NCBI GenBank assembly: GCA_900617105.1 | Contig: UYFQ01000656.1 | Coordinates: 1-45,730 of the forward strand | Source: Hydrurus foetidus | Taxonomy: Eukaryota | DNA: 45,730 nt | Direction: 5' to 3' | Shown: piece after piece, positions 8,901-21,747 of the stretch | How positions within the stretch are numbered: position 1 is the stretch's first letter | How the letters are laid out: every line of letters starts with the position of its first letter | Notes under the pieces: model-generated | The model's input: only the letters and a program-made list of their open reading frames with translations | Database searches by the model: none | Told to the model about the DNA's origin: nothing | Made by a program: the position numbers and the translations under genes

Positions 8901-11900
8901 ACACTTGGTGATTTTGTTGGCTGTGTGAGTGGACAGTTTGGCATTCCCGTAGATGGCTTAGGCGTCTTTGGGGCTTTTGAAGGTTTCGCGGTTGATGGCT
9001 TTCGGGTAGGAGGACTTTTTTTGGTAGGAATGATTGTAGGATCTTTGCTCGCTGGACAGGGTGTTGGTTTCTTGCTCTTTGGACTCTTCATCGTAGGGCA
9101 GATAGTTGGGGCGGGTGTGCAAACATGTCCCGTTGGGGTTGACGTAGGGACACTAGTTGGTGATGGTGATGGGTTGAATGAGGGGAGTGGTGTGGGAGAG
9201 TAGGTAGGTTGTTTAGTTGGAGACTCAGTGGGAAGGCAAGTAGGCTCATCAGTATCAATTGTTGCTGGGGAGTAAGTAACCTCAGCAATAGCAGGTGATT
9301 TAGTGGGTGTTGGCACGGCTGTTGGCACGGCTGTTGGTGAAGGTGTTGGCAAGACTGTTGGCACGGCTGTTGGTGAAGGTGTTGGCTCCGCTGTTGGCTG
9401 CTCCGTTGGTGAAGGTGTCGGCATGGCTGTTAGTTGGTTCGTTGGTGAAGGTGTTGGCACGGCTGTTGGCTGGTACGTTGGTACAGGTGTTGGCCCCGCT
9501 GATGGCTGGTACGTTGGTAGAACAGATGGCCCCGCTGTTGGCTGGTACGTTGGTACAGGTGTCGGCTCCGCTGTTGGCACAGCTGTTGGCTGGTACGTTG
9601 GTGAAGGTGTTGGCAAGGCTGTTGGTTGATATGTTGGTGAAGGTGTTGGCGCCGCTGTTGGCAAGGCTGTCGGCTGGTAAGTTGGTATAACAGATGGCCC
9701 CGCTGTTGGCTGGTACGTTGATACAGGTGTCGGCTCCGCTGTTGGCACGGTTGTTGGCTGGTACGTTGGTACAGGTGTTGGCCCCGCTGTTGGCTGGTAC
9801 GTTGGTACAGGTGTCGGCTCCGCTGTTGGCACGGCTGTTGGCTGGTACGTTGGTGAAGGTGTTGGCAAGGCTGTTGGTTGATATGTTGGTGAAGGTGTTG
9901 GCTCCGCTGTTGGCACGTTGTTGGGCTGGTACGTTGGTGAAGGTGTTGGCTCTGCTGTTGGCGTGGCTGTCGGCTTGTATGCTTGTTGAGGTGTTGGCCT
10001 TGCTGTTGGCTGGTACGTTGGTGAAGGTGTTGGCAAGGCTGTTGGTGTGGCTGTTGGCTGGTATGTTGGTGAAGGTGTTGGCTCTGCTGTTGGCGTGGCT
10101 GTCGGCTTGTATGCTGGTTGAGGTGTTGGCCTTGCTGTTGGCTGGTACGTTGGTGAAGGTGTTGGCTCCGCTGTTGGTGTGGCTGTTGGCTGGTATGTTG
10201 GTGAAGGTGTTGGCTCCGCTGTTGGTGTGGCTGTTGGCTGGTAGGTTGGTAAAGGTGTTGGCATGTTGGCTGTGTTGGCTGGTACGTTGGTGAAGGTGTT
10301 GGCTTTACTGTTGGCTCCGCTGTTGGCTGGTACGTTGGTACAAGTGTTGGCATGGCAGTTGGAACAGCTGTCGGTTGGTGCGTTGGTGAAGGTGTTGGCA
10401 CGGTTGTTGGCTGGTATGTTGGTAAAAGTGTTGGCACCGCTGTTGGTGTGACTGTTGGCTGGTACGTTGGTGAAGGTGTCGGCTCAGGTGATGGATTTAC
10501 GGAGAAAGGGCTAGGTGTGGCCTTGTTCGGGAATGGTGGAGGAGAATCGACACTTGGTGATTTTGTTGGCTGTGTGAGTGGACAGTTTGGCATTCCCGTA
10601 GATGGCTTAGGCGTCTTTGGGGCTTTTGAAGGTTTCGCGGTTGATGGCTTTCGGGTAGGAGGGCTTTTTTTGGTAGGAATGATTGTAGGATCTTTGCTCG
10701 CTGGACAGGGTGTTGGTTTCTTGCTCTTTGGACTCTTCATCGTAGGGCAGATAGTTGGGGCGGGTGTGCAAACATGTCCCGTTGGGGTTGACGTAGGGAC
10801 ACTAGTTGGTGATGGTGATGGGTTGAATGAGGGGAGTGGTGTGGGAGAGTAGGTAGGTTGTTTAGTTGGAGACTCAGTGGGAAGGCAAGTGGGCTCATCA
10901 GAATCAATTGTTGCTGGGGAGTAAGTAACTTCAGCAATAGCAGGTGATTTAGTGGGTGTTGGCACGGCTGTTGGCATGACTGTTGGTGAAGGTGTTGGCA
11001 TGGCTGTTGGCACGGCTGTTGGCTGGTACGTTGGTGACGGTGTCGGCCCCGCTGTTGGCTGGTACGTTGGCGAAGGTGTTGGCTTTGCTGTTGGCATGGC
11101 TGTTGGCTGGTACGTTGGTACAGGTGTCGGCTTCGCTGTTGGCACGGCTGTTGGCTGGTACGTTGGTGAAGGTGTTGGCTCCGCTGTTGGCACGGCTGTA
11201 GGCTGGTACGTTGGCACAGGTGTTGGCATGGCTGTTGGCTCGTACGTTGGTACAGGTGTTGGCTTCACTGTTGGCACGGCTGTTGGTTGGTACGTTGGTA
11301 CAGGTGTCGGCTCCGCTGTTGGCTGGTACGTTGGTGAAGGTGTTGGCTCCGCTGTTGGCACGGCTGTTGGCTGGTACGTTGGCGAAGGTGTTGGCTTTGC
11401 TGTTGGCATGGCTGTTGGCTGGTACGTTGGTAAGGTGTTGGCTCGGCTGTTGGCATGACTGTTGGTGAAGGTGTTGGCTCCGCTGTTGGCACGGCTGTTG
11501 GCTGGTACGTTGGTGACGGTGTCGGCCCCGCTGTTGGCTGGTACGTTGGCGAAGGTGTTGGCTCTGCTGTTGGCTGGTACGTTGGTACAGGTGTTGGCTC
11601 CGCTGTTGGCTGGTACGTTGGTGAAGGTGTTGGCTCCGCTGTTGGCACGGCTGTTGGCTGGTACGTTGGCGAAGGTGTTGGCATGGCTGTTGGCACGGCT
11701 GTTGGCTGGTACGTTGGTACAGGTGTCGGCTCCGCTGTTGGCACGGCTGTTGGCTGGTACGTTGGTGACGGTGTCGGCCCCGCTGTTGGCTGGTACGTTG
11801 GTGTGGCTGGCACGGCTGTTGGCTGGTATGTTGGTGAAGGTGTTGGCTGCTGTTGGCACGGCTGTTGGCTGGTACGTTGGTGAAGGTGTCGGCTCTACTG

Positions 11901-14900
11901 TTGGCTGGTACGTTGGTGAAGGCGTTGGCATAGTTGTTGGTGTGGCTGTTGGCTGGTACGTTGGTGAAGGTGTTGGCTCCGCTGTTGGCACGGCTGTTGG
12001 CTGGTATGTCGGTGACGATGTTGGCTGAGGTGATGGCTGGTACGTTGGTGAAGGTGTTGGCTCCACTGTTGGCACGGCTGTTGGCTGGTATGTCGGTGAC
12101 GATGTTGGCTGAGGTGATGGCTGGTACGATGGTAATGGTGTTGGCTCTGCTGTTGGCTGGTACGTTGGTGAAGGTGTTGGCATAGCTGTTGGTGTGGCTG
12201 TTGGCTGGTACGTTGGTGAAGGTGTTGGCTCCGCTGATGGCGGGAGCGTAGGTGATGGTGTTGGCTTCGCTGTTGGTTGATACGTTGGTGATGGTGTTGG
12301 CATGGCTGTCGGCTGGTACGTTGGTGAAGGTGTTGGCTCAGGTGATGGATTTAAGGAGAAAGGGCTAGGTGTGGCCTTGTTCGGGAATGGTGGAGGAGAA
12401 TCGACACTTGGTGATTTTGTTGGCTGTGTGAGTGGACAGTTTGGCATTCCCGTAGATGGCTTAGGCGTCTTTGGGGCTTTTGAAGGTTTCGCGGTTGATG
12501 GCTTTCGGGTAGGAGGGCTTTTTTTGGTAGGAATGATTGTAGGATCTTTGCTCGCTGGACAGGGTGTTGGTTTCTTGCTCTTTGGACTCTTCATCGTAGG
12601 GCAGATAGTTGGGGCGGGTGTGCAAACATGTCCCGTTGGGGTTGACGTAGGGACACTAGTTGGTGATGGTGATGGGTTGAATGAGGGGAGTGGTGTGGGA
12701 GAGTAGGTAGGTTGTTTAGTTGGAGACTCAGTGGGAAGGCAAGTGGGCTCATCAGAATCAATTGTTGCTGGGGAGTAAGTAACTTCAGCAATAGCAGGTG
12801 ATTTAGTGGGTGTTGGCACGGCTGTTGGCATGACTGTTGGTGAAGGTGTTGGCATGGCTGTTGGCACGACTGTTGGCTGGTACGTTGGTGACGGTGTCGG
12901 CCCCGCTGTTGGCTGGTACGTTGGCGAAGGTGTTGGCTTTGCTGTTGGCATGGCTGTTGGCTGGTACGTTGGTACAGGTGTTGGCTCCGCTGTTGGCACG
13001 GCTGTTGGTTGGTACGTTGGTACAGGTGTTGGCTCCGCTGTTGGCTGGTACGTTGGTGAAGGTGTTGGCTCCGCTGTTGGCACGGCTGTTGGCTCGTACG
13101 TTGGTACAGGTGTTGGCTTCACTGTTGGCACGGCTGTTGGTTGGTACGTTGGTACAGGTGTCGGCTCCGCTGTTGGCTGGTACGTTGGTGAAGGTGTTGG
13201 CTCCGCTGTTGGCACGGCTGTTGGCTGGTACGTTGGCGAAGGTGTTGGCTTTGCTGTTGGCATGGCTGTTGGCTGGTACGTTGGTACAGGTGTCGGCTCC
13301 GCTGTTGGCACGGCTGTTGGCATGACTGTTGGTGAAGGTGTTGGCTCCGCTGTTGGCACGGCTGTTGGCTGGTAAGTTGGTGAAGGTGTTGGCCCTGTTG
13401 GCTGTTGGCTGGTACGTTGGCGAAGGTGTTGGCTTTGCTGTTGGCTGGTACGTTGGTACAGGTGTCGGCTCCGCTGTTGGCTGGTACGTTGGTGAAGGTG
13501 TTGGCTCCGCTGTTGGCACGGCTGTTGGCTGGTACGTTGGCGAAGGTGTTGGCTTTGCTGTTGGCTGGTACGTTGGTGCAGGTGTTGGCTCCGCTGTTGG
13601 CTGGTACGTTGGTGAAGGTGTTGGCTCCGCTGTTGGCACGGCTGTTGGCTGGTACGTTGGTGAAGGTGTTGGCTCTGCTGTTGGCTGGTACGTTGGTACA
13701 GGTGTTGGCTCCGCTGTTGGCTGGTACGTTGGTGAAGGTGTTGGCTCCGCTGTTGGCACGGCTGTTGGCTGGTACGTTGGTGAAGGTGTTGGCATGGCTG
13801 TTGGCACGGCTGTTGGCTGGTACGTTGGTACAGGTGTTGGCTCCGCTGTTGGCACGGCTGTTGGCTGGTACGTTGGTGACGGTGTTGGCCCGCTGTTGGC
13901 TGGTGTTGGCTGGTGTGTTGGCACGGCTGTTGGCTGGTATGTTGGTGAAGGTTCACTGTTGGCAAGGCTGTTGGCTGGTACGTTGGTGAAGGTGTTGGCT
14001 GGTACTGTTGGTGAAGGTGTTGGCTCTGCTGTTGGCTGGTACGTTGGTGAAGGTGTTGGCTGCTGTTGGCTTGTACGTTGGTGAAGGTGTTGGCTCCGCT
14101 GTTGGCACGGCTGTTGGCTGGTATGTCGGTGACGATGTTGGCTGAGGTGATGGCTGGTACGTTGGTGAAGGTGTTGGCTCCACTGTTGGCACGGCTGTTG
14201 GCTGGTATGTCGGTGACGATGTTGGCTGAGGTGATGGCTGGTACGATGGTAATGGTGTTGGCTCTGCTGTTGGCTGGTACGTTGGTGAAGGTGTTGGCAT
14301 AGCTGTTGGTGTGGCTGTTGGCTGGTACGTTGGTAATGGTGTTGGCTCCGCTGATGGCGGGAGCGTAGGTGATGGTGTTGGCTTCGCTGTTGGTTGGTAC
14401 GTTGGTGATGGTGTTAGCATGGCTGTCGGCTGGTACGTTGGTGAAGGTGTTGGCTCAGGTGATGGATTTACGGAGAAAGGGCTAGGTGTGGCCTTGTTCG
14501 GGAATGGTGGAGGAGAATCGACACTTGGTGATTTTGTTGGCTGTGTGAGTGGACAGTTTGGCATTCCCGTAGATGGCTTAGGCGTCTTTGGGGCTTTTGA
14601 AGGTTTCGCGGTTGATGGCTTTCGGGTAGGAGGGCTTTTTTTGGTAGGAATGATTGTATGATCTTTGCTCGCTGGACAGGGTGTTGGTTTCTTGCTCTTT
14701 GGACTCTTCATCGTAGGGCAGATAGTTGGGGCGGGTGTGCAAACATGTCCCGTTGGGGTTGACGTAGGGACACTAGTTGGTGATGGTGATGGGTTGAATG
14801 AGGGGAGTGGTGTGGGAGAGTAGGTAGGTTGTTTAGTTGGAGACTCAGTGGGAAGGCAAGTGGGCTCATCAGAATCAATTGTTGCTGGGGAGTAAGTAAC

Positions 14901-17900
14901 TTCAGCAATAGCAGGTGATTTAGTGGGTGTTGGCACGGCTGTTGGCATGACTGTTGGTGAAGGTGTTGGCTGGCTGTTGGCACGACTGTTGGCTGGTACG
15001 TTGGTGACGGTGTCGGCCCCGCTGTTGGCTGGTACGTTGGCGAAGGTGTTGGCTTTGCTGTTGGCATGGCTGTTGGCTGGTACGTTGGTACAGGTGTTGG
15101 CTTCGCTGTTGGCACGGCTGTTGGCTGGTACGTTGGTGAAGGTGTTGGCATAGCTGTTGGCACGGCTGTAGGCTGGCATGTTGGCACAGGTGTTGGCATG
15201 GCTGTTGGCTGGTACGTTGGTACAGGTGTTGGCTTCACTGCTGTTGGCACGGCTGTTGGTTGGTACGTTGGTACAGGTGTCGGCTCCGCTGTTGGCTGGT
15301 AAGTTGGTGAAGGTGTTGGCTCCGATGTTGGCACGGCTGTTGGCATGACTGTTGGTGAAGGTGTTGGCATAGCTGTTGGCACGGCTGTTGGCTGGTAAGT
15401 TGGTGACGGTGTCGGCCCCGCTGTTGGCTGGTACGTTGGCGAAGGTGTTGGCACGGCTGTTGGCTGGTACGTTGGTGAAGGTGTTGGCTTCGCTGTTGGC
15501 ACGGCTGTTGGCTGGTACGTTGGTGAAGGTGTCGGCTCTACTGTTGGCTGGTACGTTGGTGAAGGCGTTGGCATAGCTGTTGGTGTGGCTGTTGGCTGGT
15601 ACGTTGGTGAAGGTGTTGGCTCCGCTGTTGGCACGGCTGTTGGCTGGTACGTTGGCGAAGGTGTTGGCACGGCTGTTGGCTGGTACGTTGGTGAAGGTGT
15701 TGGCTTCACTGTTGGCACGGCTGTTGGCTGGTACGTTGGTGAAGGTGTCGGCTCTACTGTTGGCTGGTACGTTGGTGAAGGCGTTGGCATAGCTGTTGGT
15801 GTGGCTGTTGGCTGGTACGTTGGTGAAGGTGTTGGCTCCGCTGTTGGCACGGCTGTTGGCTGGTATGTCGGTGACGATGTTGGCTGAGGTGATGGCTGGT
15901 ACGTTGGTGAAGGTGTTGGCTCCACTGTTGGCACGGCTGTTGGCTGGTATGTCGGTGACGATGTTGGCTGAGGTGATGGCTGGTACGATGGTAATGGTGT
16001 TGGCATGGCTGTTGGCTGGTACGTTGGTGAAGGTGTTGGCTCCGCTGTTGGCACGGCTGTTGGCTTGTACGTTGGTGAAGGTGTTGGCTCCGCTGATGGC
16101 GGGAGCGTAGGTGATGGTGTTGGCTTCGCTGTTGGTTGATACGTTGGTGATGGTGTTAGCATGGCTGTCGGCTGGTACGTTGGTGAAGGTGTTGGCTCAG
16201 GTGATGGATTTACGGAGAAAGGGCTAGGTGTGGCCTTGTTCGGGAATGGTGGAGGAGAATCGACACTTGGTGATTTTGTTGGCTGTGTGAGTGGACAGTT
16301 TGGCATTCCCGTAGATGGCTTAGGCGTCTTTGGGGCTTTTGAAGGTTTCGCGGTTGATGGCTTTCGGGTAGGAGGGCTTTTTTTGGTAGGAATGATTGTA
16401 TGATCTTTGCTCGCTGGACAGGGTGTTGGTTTCTTGCTCTTTGGACTCTTCATCGTAGGGCAGATAGTTGGGGCGGGTGTGCAAACATGTCCCGTTGGGG
16501 TTGACGTAGGGACACTAGTTGGTGATGGTGATGGGTTGAATGAGGGGAGTGGTGTGGGAGAGTAGGTAGGTTGTTTAGTTGGAGACTCAGTGGGAAGGCA
16601 AGTAGGCTCATCAGAATCAATTGTTGCTGGGGAGTAAGTAACTTCAGCAATAGCAGGTGATTTAGTGGGTGTTGGCACGGCTGTTGGTGAAGGTGTTGGC
16701 TCCGCTGTTGGCACGGCTGTTGGCTGGTAAGTTGGTGAAGGTGTCGGCCCCGCTGTTGGCTGGTACGTTGGCGAAGGTGTTGGCATGGCTGTTGGCTGGT
16801 ACGTTGGTACAGGTGTCGGCTCCGCCGTTGGCACGGCTGTTGGCATGACTGTTGGTGAAGGTGTTGGCATAGCTGTTGGCACGGCTGTTGGCTGGTACGT
16901 TGGTGACGGTGTCGGCCCCGCTGTTGACAGGTACGTTGGCACAGGTGTTGGCACGGCTGTTGGCTGGTACGTTGGTACAGGTGTCGGCATGGCTGTTGGC
17001 TGGTACGTTGGTAATGGTATTGGCATGGCTGTTGGCTGGTACGTTGGTGAAGGTGTTGGCTCCGCTGTTGGCACGGCTGTTGGCTGGTACGTTGGTACAG
17101 GTGTCGGCTCCGCCGTTGGCACGGCTGTTGGCATGACTGTTGGTGAAGGTGTTGGCTTTGTTGTTGGCACGGCTGTAGGCTGGTACGTTGGTACAGGTGT
17201 CGGCTCCGCCGTTGGCACGACTGTTGGTGAAGGTGTTGGCTCCGCTGTTGGCACGGCTGTTGGCTGGTACGTTGGTGACGGTGTCGGCACGGCTGTTGGC
17301 TGGTACGTTGGCGAAGATGTTGGCTTTGCTGTTGGCTGGTACGTTGGTACAGGTGTTGGCATGGCTGTTGGCTTGTACGTTGGTACAGGTGTTGGCTTCA
17401 CTGTTGGCACGGCTGTTGGCTGGTACGTTGGTAATGGTGTTGGCATGGCTGTTGGCTGGTACGTTGGTGAAGGTGTTGGCTCCGCTGTTGGCACGGCTGT
17501 TGGCTGGAACGTTGGAGAAGGTGTCGGCTCCACTGTTGGCTGGTACGTGGGTAAAGGTGTTGGCTCCGCTGTTGGTGTGGCTGTTGGCTGGTACGTTGGT
17601 ACAGGTGTTGGCTCCGCCGTTGGCACGGCTGTTGGCACGACTGTTGGTGAAGGTGTTGGCTTTGCTGTTGGCTCTGCTGTTGGCTGGTACGTTGGTGAAG
17701 GTGTCGGCTTCACTGTTGGCGTGGCAGTTGGCTGGTACGTTGGCGAAGGTGTTGGCATGGCTGTTGGCTGGTACGTTGGTGAAGGTGTTGGCTCCGCTGT
17801 TGGCACGGCTGTTGGCTGACGTTGGTGAAGGTGTTGGCTGGCTGTTTGTGAAGGTGTTGGCATGGCTGTTGGCTGGTACGTTGGTGAAGGTGTTGGCCCG

Positions 17901-20677
17901 CTGTTGGCACGGCTGTTGGCTGGTACGTTGGTGAAGGTGTTGGCTTTGCTGTTGGCACGGCTGTTGGCTGGTACGTTGGTGAAGGTGTTGGCTCCGCTGT
18001 TGGCACGGCTGTTGGCAAGTACGTTGGTGAAGGTGTTGGCTTCGCTGTTGGCTGGTACGTTGGTAAGGTGTTGGCTTCCACTGTTGGCGGCAGTTGGCTG
18101 GTACGTTGGTGAAGGTGTTGGCATGGCTGTTGGCTGGTACGTTGGTGAAGGTGTTGGCTCCGCTGTTGGCACGGCTGTTGGCTGGTACGTTGGTGAAGGT
18201 GTTGGCTCCACTGTTGGCTGGTACGTGGGTAAAGGTGTTGGCTCCGCTGTTGGTGTGGCTGTTGGCTGGTACGTTGGTACAGGTGTTGGCTCCGTTGTTG
18301 GCACGGCTGTTGGTTGGTGCGTTGGTAAAGGTGTTGGATCCACTGTTGGCACGGCTGTTGGCTGGTATGTGGGTGACGATGTTGGCTGAAGTGATGGTTG
18401 GTACGTTGGTAATGGTGTTGGCACGGCTGTTGGCTGGTACGTTGGCGAAGGTGTTGGCACGGCTGTTGGCTGGTACGTTGGTAAAGGTGTTGGCTCCGCT
18501 GTTGGCATGGCTGTTGGCTGGTACGTTGGTAAGGTGTTGGCTCTGCTGTTGGCTGGTACGTTGGTGAAGGTGTTGGCACGGCTGTTGGCCAGTGCGTTGG
18601 TGAAGGTGTTGGCTCCGCTGTTGGCACGGCTGTTGGTGCTGGTGTTGGCTCTGCTGTTGGCTGGTACGTTGGTGAAGGTGTTGGCTCCGCTGTTGGCACG
18701 GCTGTTGGCTTGTACGTTGGTGAAGGTGTTGGCTCCGCTGATGGCGGGAGCGTAGGTAAAGGTGTTGGCTTCGCTGTTGGCTGGTACGTTGGTAATGGTG
18801 TTTGCTCAACTGATGGTTGGTACGTTGGTAAAAGTGTTGGCTTCGCTGTTGGTTGGTACGTTGGTGATGGTGTTAGCATGGCTGTCGGCTGGTACGTTGG
18901 TGAAGGTGTTGGCTCAGGTGATGGATTTACGGAGAAAGGGCTAGGTGTGGCCTTGTTCGGGAATGGTGGAGGAGAATCGACACTTGGTGATTTTGTTGGC
19001 TGTGTGAGTGGACAGTTTGGCATTCCCGTAGATGGCTTAGGCGTCTTTGGGGCTTTTGAAGGTTTCGCGGTTGATGGCTTTCGGGTAGGAGGGCTTTTTT
19101 TGGTAGGCATGATTGTAGGATCTTTGCTGACTCGACTGCGCTTCGGTTTCTTGCTCTTTGGACTCTTCATCGTAGGGCAGATAGTTGGGGCGGGTGTGCA
19201 AACATGTCCCGTTGGGGTTGACGTAGGGACACTAGTTGGTGATGGTGATGGGTTGAATGAGGGGAGTGGTGTGGGAGAGTAGGTAGGTTGTTTAGTTGGA
19301 GACACAGTGGGAAGGCAAGTGGGCTCATCAGTATCAATTGTTGCTGGGGAGTAAGTAACTTCAGCAATAGCAGGTGATTTAGTGCGTGTTGGCTTCGCTG
19401 ATGGCACGGTTGTTGGTAAAGGTGTTGGCACGGCTGTTGGCTGGTACGTTGGTGAAGGTGTCGGCACGGCTGTTGGCTGGTACGTTGGTGAAGGTGTTGG
19501 CTCTGCTGTTGGCTGGTATGTTGGTGAAGGTGTTGGCTCCGCTGTTGGCTGGCTGTTGGTGAAGGTGTCGGCTGGCTGTTGGTGAAGGTGTCGGCTCCGC
19601 TGTTGGCACGGCTGTTGGCTGGTAAGTTGGTGATGCTGTTGGCATGGCTGTCGGCTGGTATGTTGGTGAAGAAGTTGGCTCCGCTGTTGGCAAGGCTGTT
19701 GGTGAAGGTGTCGGCTCCGCTGTTGGCACGGCTGTTGGCTGGTAAGTTGGTGATGCTGTTGGCATGGCTGTCGGCTGGTACGTTGGTGAAGGTGTTGGAT
19801 CCGCTGTTGGCGTGGCTGTCGGCTGGTACGTTGGTGAAGGTGTTGGCACGGCTGTTGGCTGGTACGTTGGTAAAAGTGTTGGCTTCGCTGTTGGCAGTGC
19901 TGTCGGCTGATAAGTCGGCTCTTCTGTTGGTCCATGAGGTGTTGGCTCTTCTGTTGGTATGGGTGATGGCTGGTACGTTGGTGAAGGTGTTGGCTCAGGT
20001 GATGGATTTACGGAGAAAGGGCTAGGTGTGGCCTTGTTTGGGAATGGTGGAGGAGAATCGACACTTGGTGATTTTGTTGGCTGTGTGAGTGGACAGTTTG
20101 GCATTCCCGTAGATGGCTTAGGCGTCTTTGGGGCTTTTGAAGGTTTCGCGGTTGATGGCTTTCGGGTAGGAGGACTTTTTTTGGTAGGAATGATTGTAGG
20201 ATCTTTGCTCGCTGGACAGGGTGTTGGTTTCTTGCTCTTCGGGCTCTGTGTCGGTTCAAGTGTGCATCCATGGGCTAAAGGAGCTCCCGTAGGGCAGGAG
20301 GTAGGAGAAGCTGGAACCGAAGGAACCAGAGTCGGCGAAAGTGTCGGCTCCGCTGTTGGCACAGCTGTTGGCTGGTACGTTGGTGGAGGTGTTGGTGAAG
20401 GTGTTGGCATAGCTGTTGGCACGGCTGTTGGCTGGAGGGTTGGTGAGGGCGTTGGCTGGTAAGTTGGCTTTGCCGTTGGGTCTTCAGTCGGAAGAGCCGT
20501 GGGTAAATCAGTTGCTATAAATACTGGGGTGAATGTGATCTCCACTCTTGGAAGGGGTGTGTGTTCAACTGTGGGCTGATATGTCCGCATCGGATTTTTT
20601 GTGGGATCGGCTTCATTTGTCTTGATAGCTGCTACTCCTGCCAGGAATAGAAGCCAGAGAGGGGCGGCTTGTTTCAT
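5936..20677 (-). CDS. Giant secreted Pro/Thr-rich mucin/extensin-like repeat protein (~4,900 codons, multiple frameshifts in this sequence)
   Basis: ACC-ATG start at 20677 and signal-peptide-like [33 protein letters not shown] repeats run throughout. The unique C-terminus ends ...[18 protein letters not shown] at 5936. The PT frame hops between ORF-track entries. Confidence 0.85.
7190..19384 (-). repeat. Seven near-identical ~465-bp coding modules within the repeat gene (~7190, 8840, 10489, 12343, 14460, 16202, 18919), plus a partial copy at ~19998-20240
   Basis: [16 protein letters not shown](T/S)DEPTCLP...[26 protein letters not shown]...[37 protein letters not shown] recurs. Spacings from the ORF track are 1650, 1649, 1854, 2117, 1742 and 2717 bp. 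Confidence 0.95.
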
Positions 20678-21747
20678 GGTACTGGACTGTTTCTGCAATG
20701 TCTATTTGTGACTTGCGGATGGTGTTTGGAGATGAATTGTGGGAAGTGTCACTATCAATCTGCGTAGGCCAATAAGACCGTTCCTTACGGCTTGAGTTCT
20801 GGGAACTGGTTTTATGATTTTTTAGGGCTGGTGAATTGGTGTCCGAGTCCGACTTTGTCGCACAATGTGCGGTCGCACACGTGTGCGACCGTGCGGGGTG
20901 CGGGGTGTCGTAATACGGATGGTAATTATTGGTTATGCAAATAGGATGAAATCGGAGCAAATATTGATGAAATCGATTCAAATTATAAATTATTTTAAAA
21001 AACTTCTTGGTCCTTCACACCCCTTTGGGCTGTCGACCATAACTTTTTCAAAACTCAAAATTATCAACTTCTGAATGGTGCATTCGATGAACAATCCACT
21101 CACCTATCGACTCATGTAAGGAAATTTGACGGCAAAGGACGAAACGCTATGGTTGTTCAGGATATTGCAGAGCTGTGCAGTGCTTAGAGCATTGAAGTGA
21201 TGATGCTGGGGACGGCTGAGTGGTGAAACGAAAATTTTGATTTTCGTATTTTCGAAAAAGCAGAATCCTTATGTGGGTGTGAAGGACCAAGAACTTCTTT
21301 TTTGAATCAAATTGGATTTGTGGTGAACCAAATTTTCCGTAATTTTGATCAAAAAAAAAAACCTCAACCATTTTTTTGATCAAACTTCACCAATTTTTGG
21401 GGCAAACAAATATGAAAAAAAAGCAAAATGTGGATTGGAAATTAGTGGGCTTTTGACGCAAATTATGAGACTTTGGGGTCAAATTAGCATCGAATTTGTT
21501 CAATTGAGATTCTAACAGTTGAGGCCGGTCCATATGGTAAAACGAAATACGAAATACAAATCAACTAAAAGTCCATTTTTGTACTTCGTATTTCGTCCAG
21601 TCACGTTTGTTATGTAACGACGAAATACAAAATTAATCGTTTTTGTAGTTCGTATGGTTGTCGTTCCGTATGCAATTTCGAAATACTAAACACCAATCTG
21701 AGTCAGCTGTCGACAATACTCGTAGTCATTATTATATTATTCAAACG

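Noticed and set aside
9430..19935. Minus-strand Q-rich and AN-rich ORF segments as separate proteins
   Set aside because: Alternative frames of the same repeats, joined to the PT frame only at frameshift junctions.
6229..20462. Many long + strand ORFs ([10 protein letters not shown]..., [11 protein letters not shown]...)
   Set aside because: Antisense shadows of the stop-poor PT-repeat gene, with no independent start, end or unique domain.
21344..21384. 14-bp inverted repeat TTTGATCAAAAAAA / TTTTTTTGATCAAA
   Set aside because: Mostly homopolymer and without a TSD or other support, so no function can be assigned.
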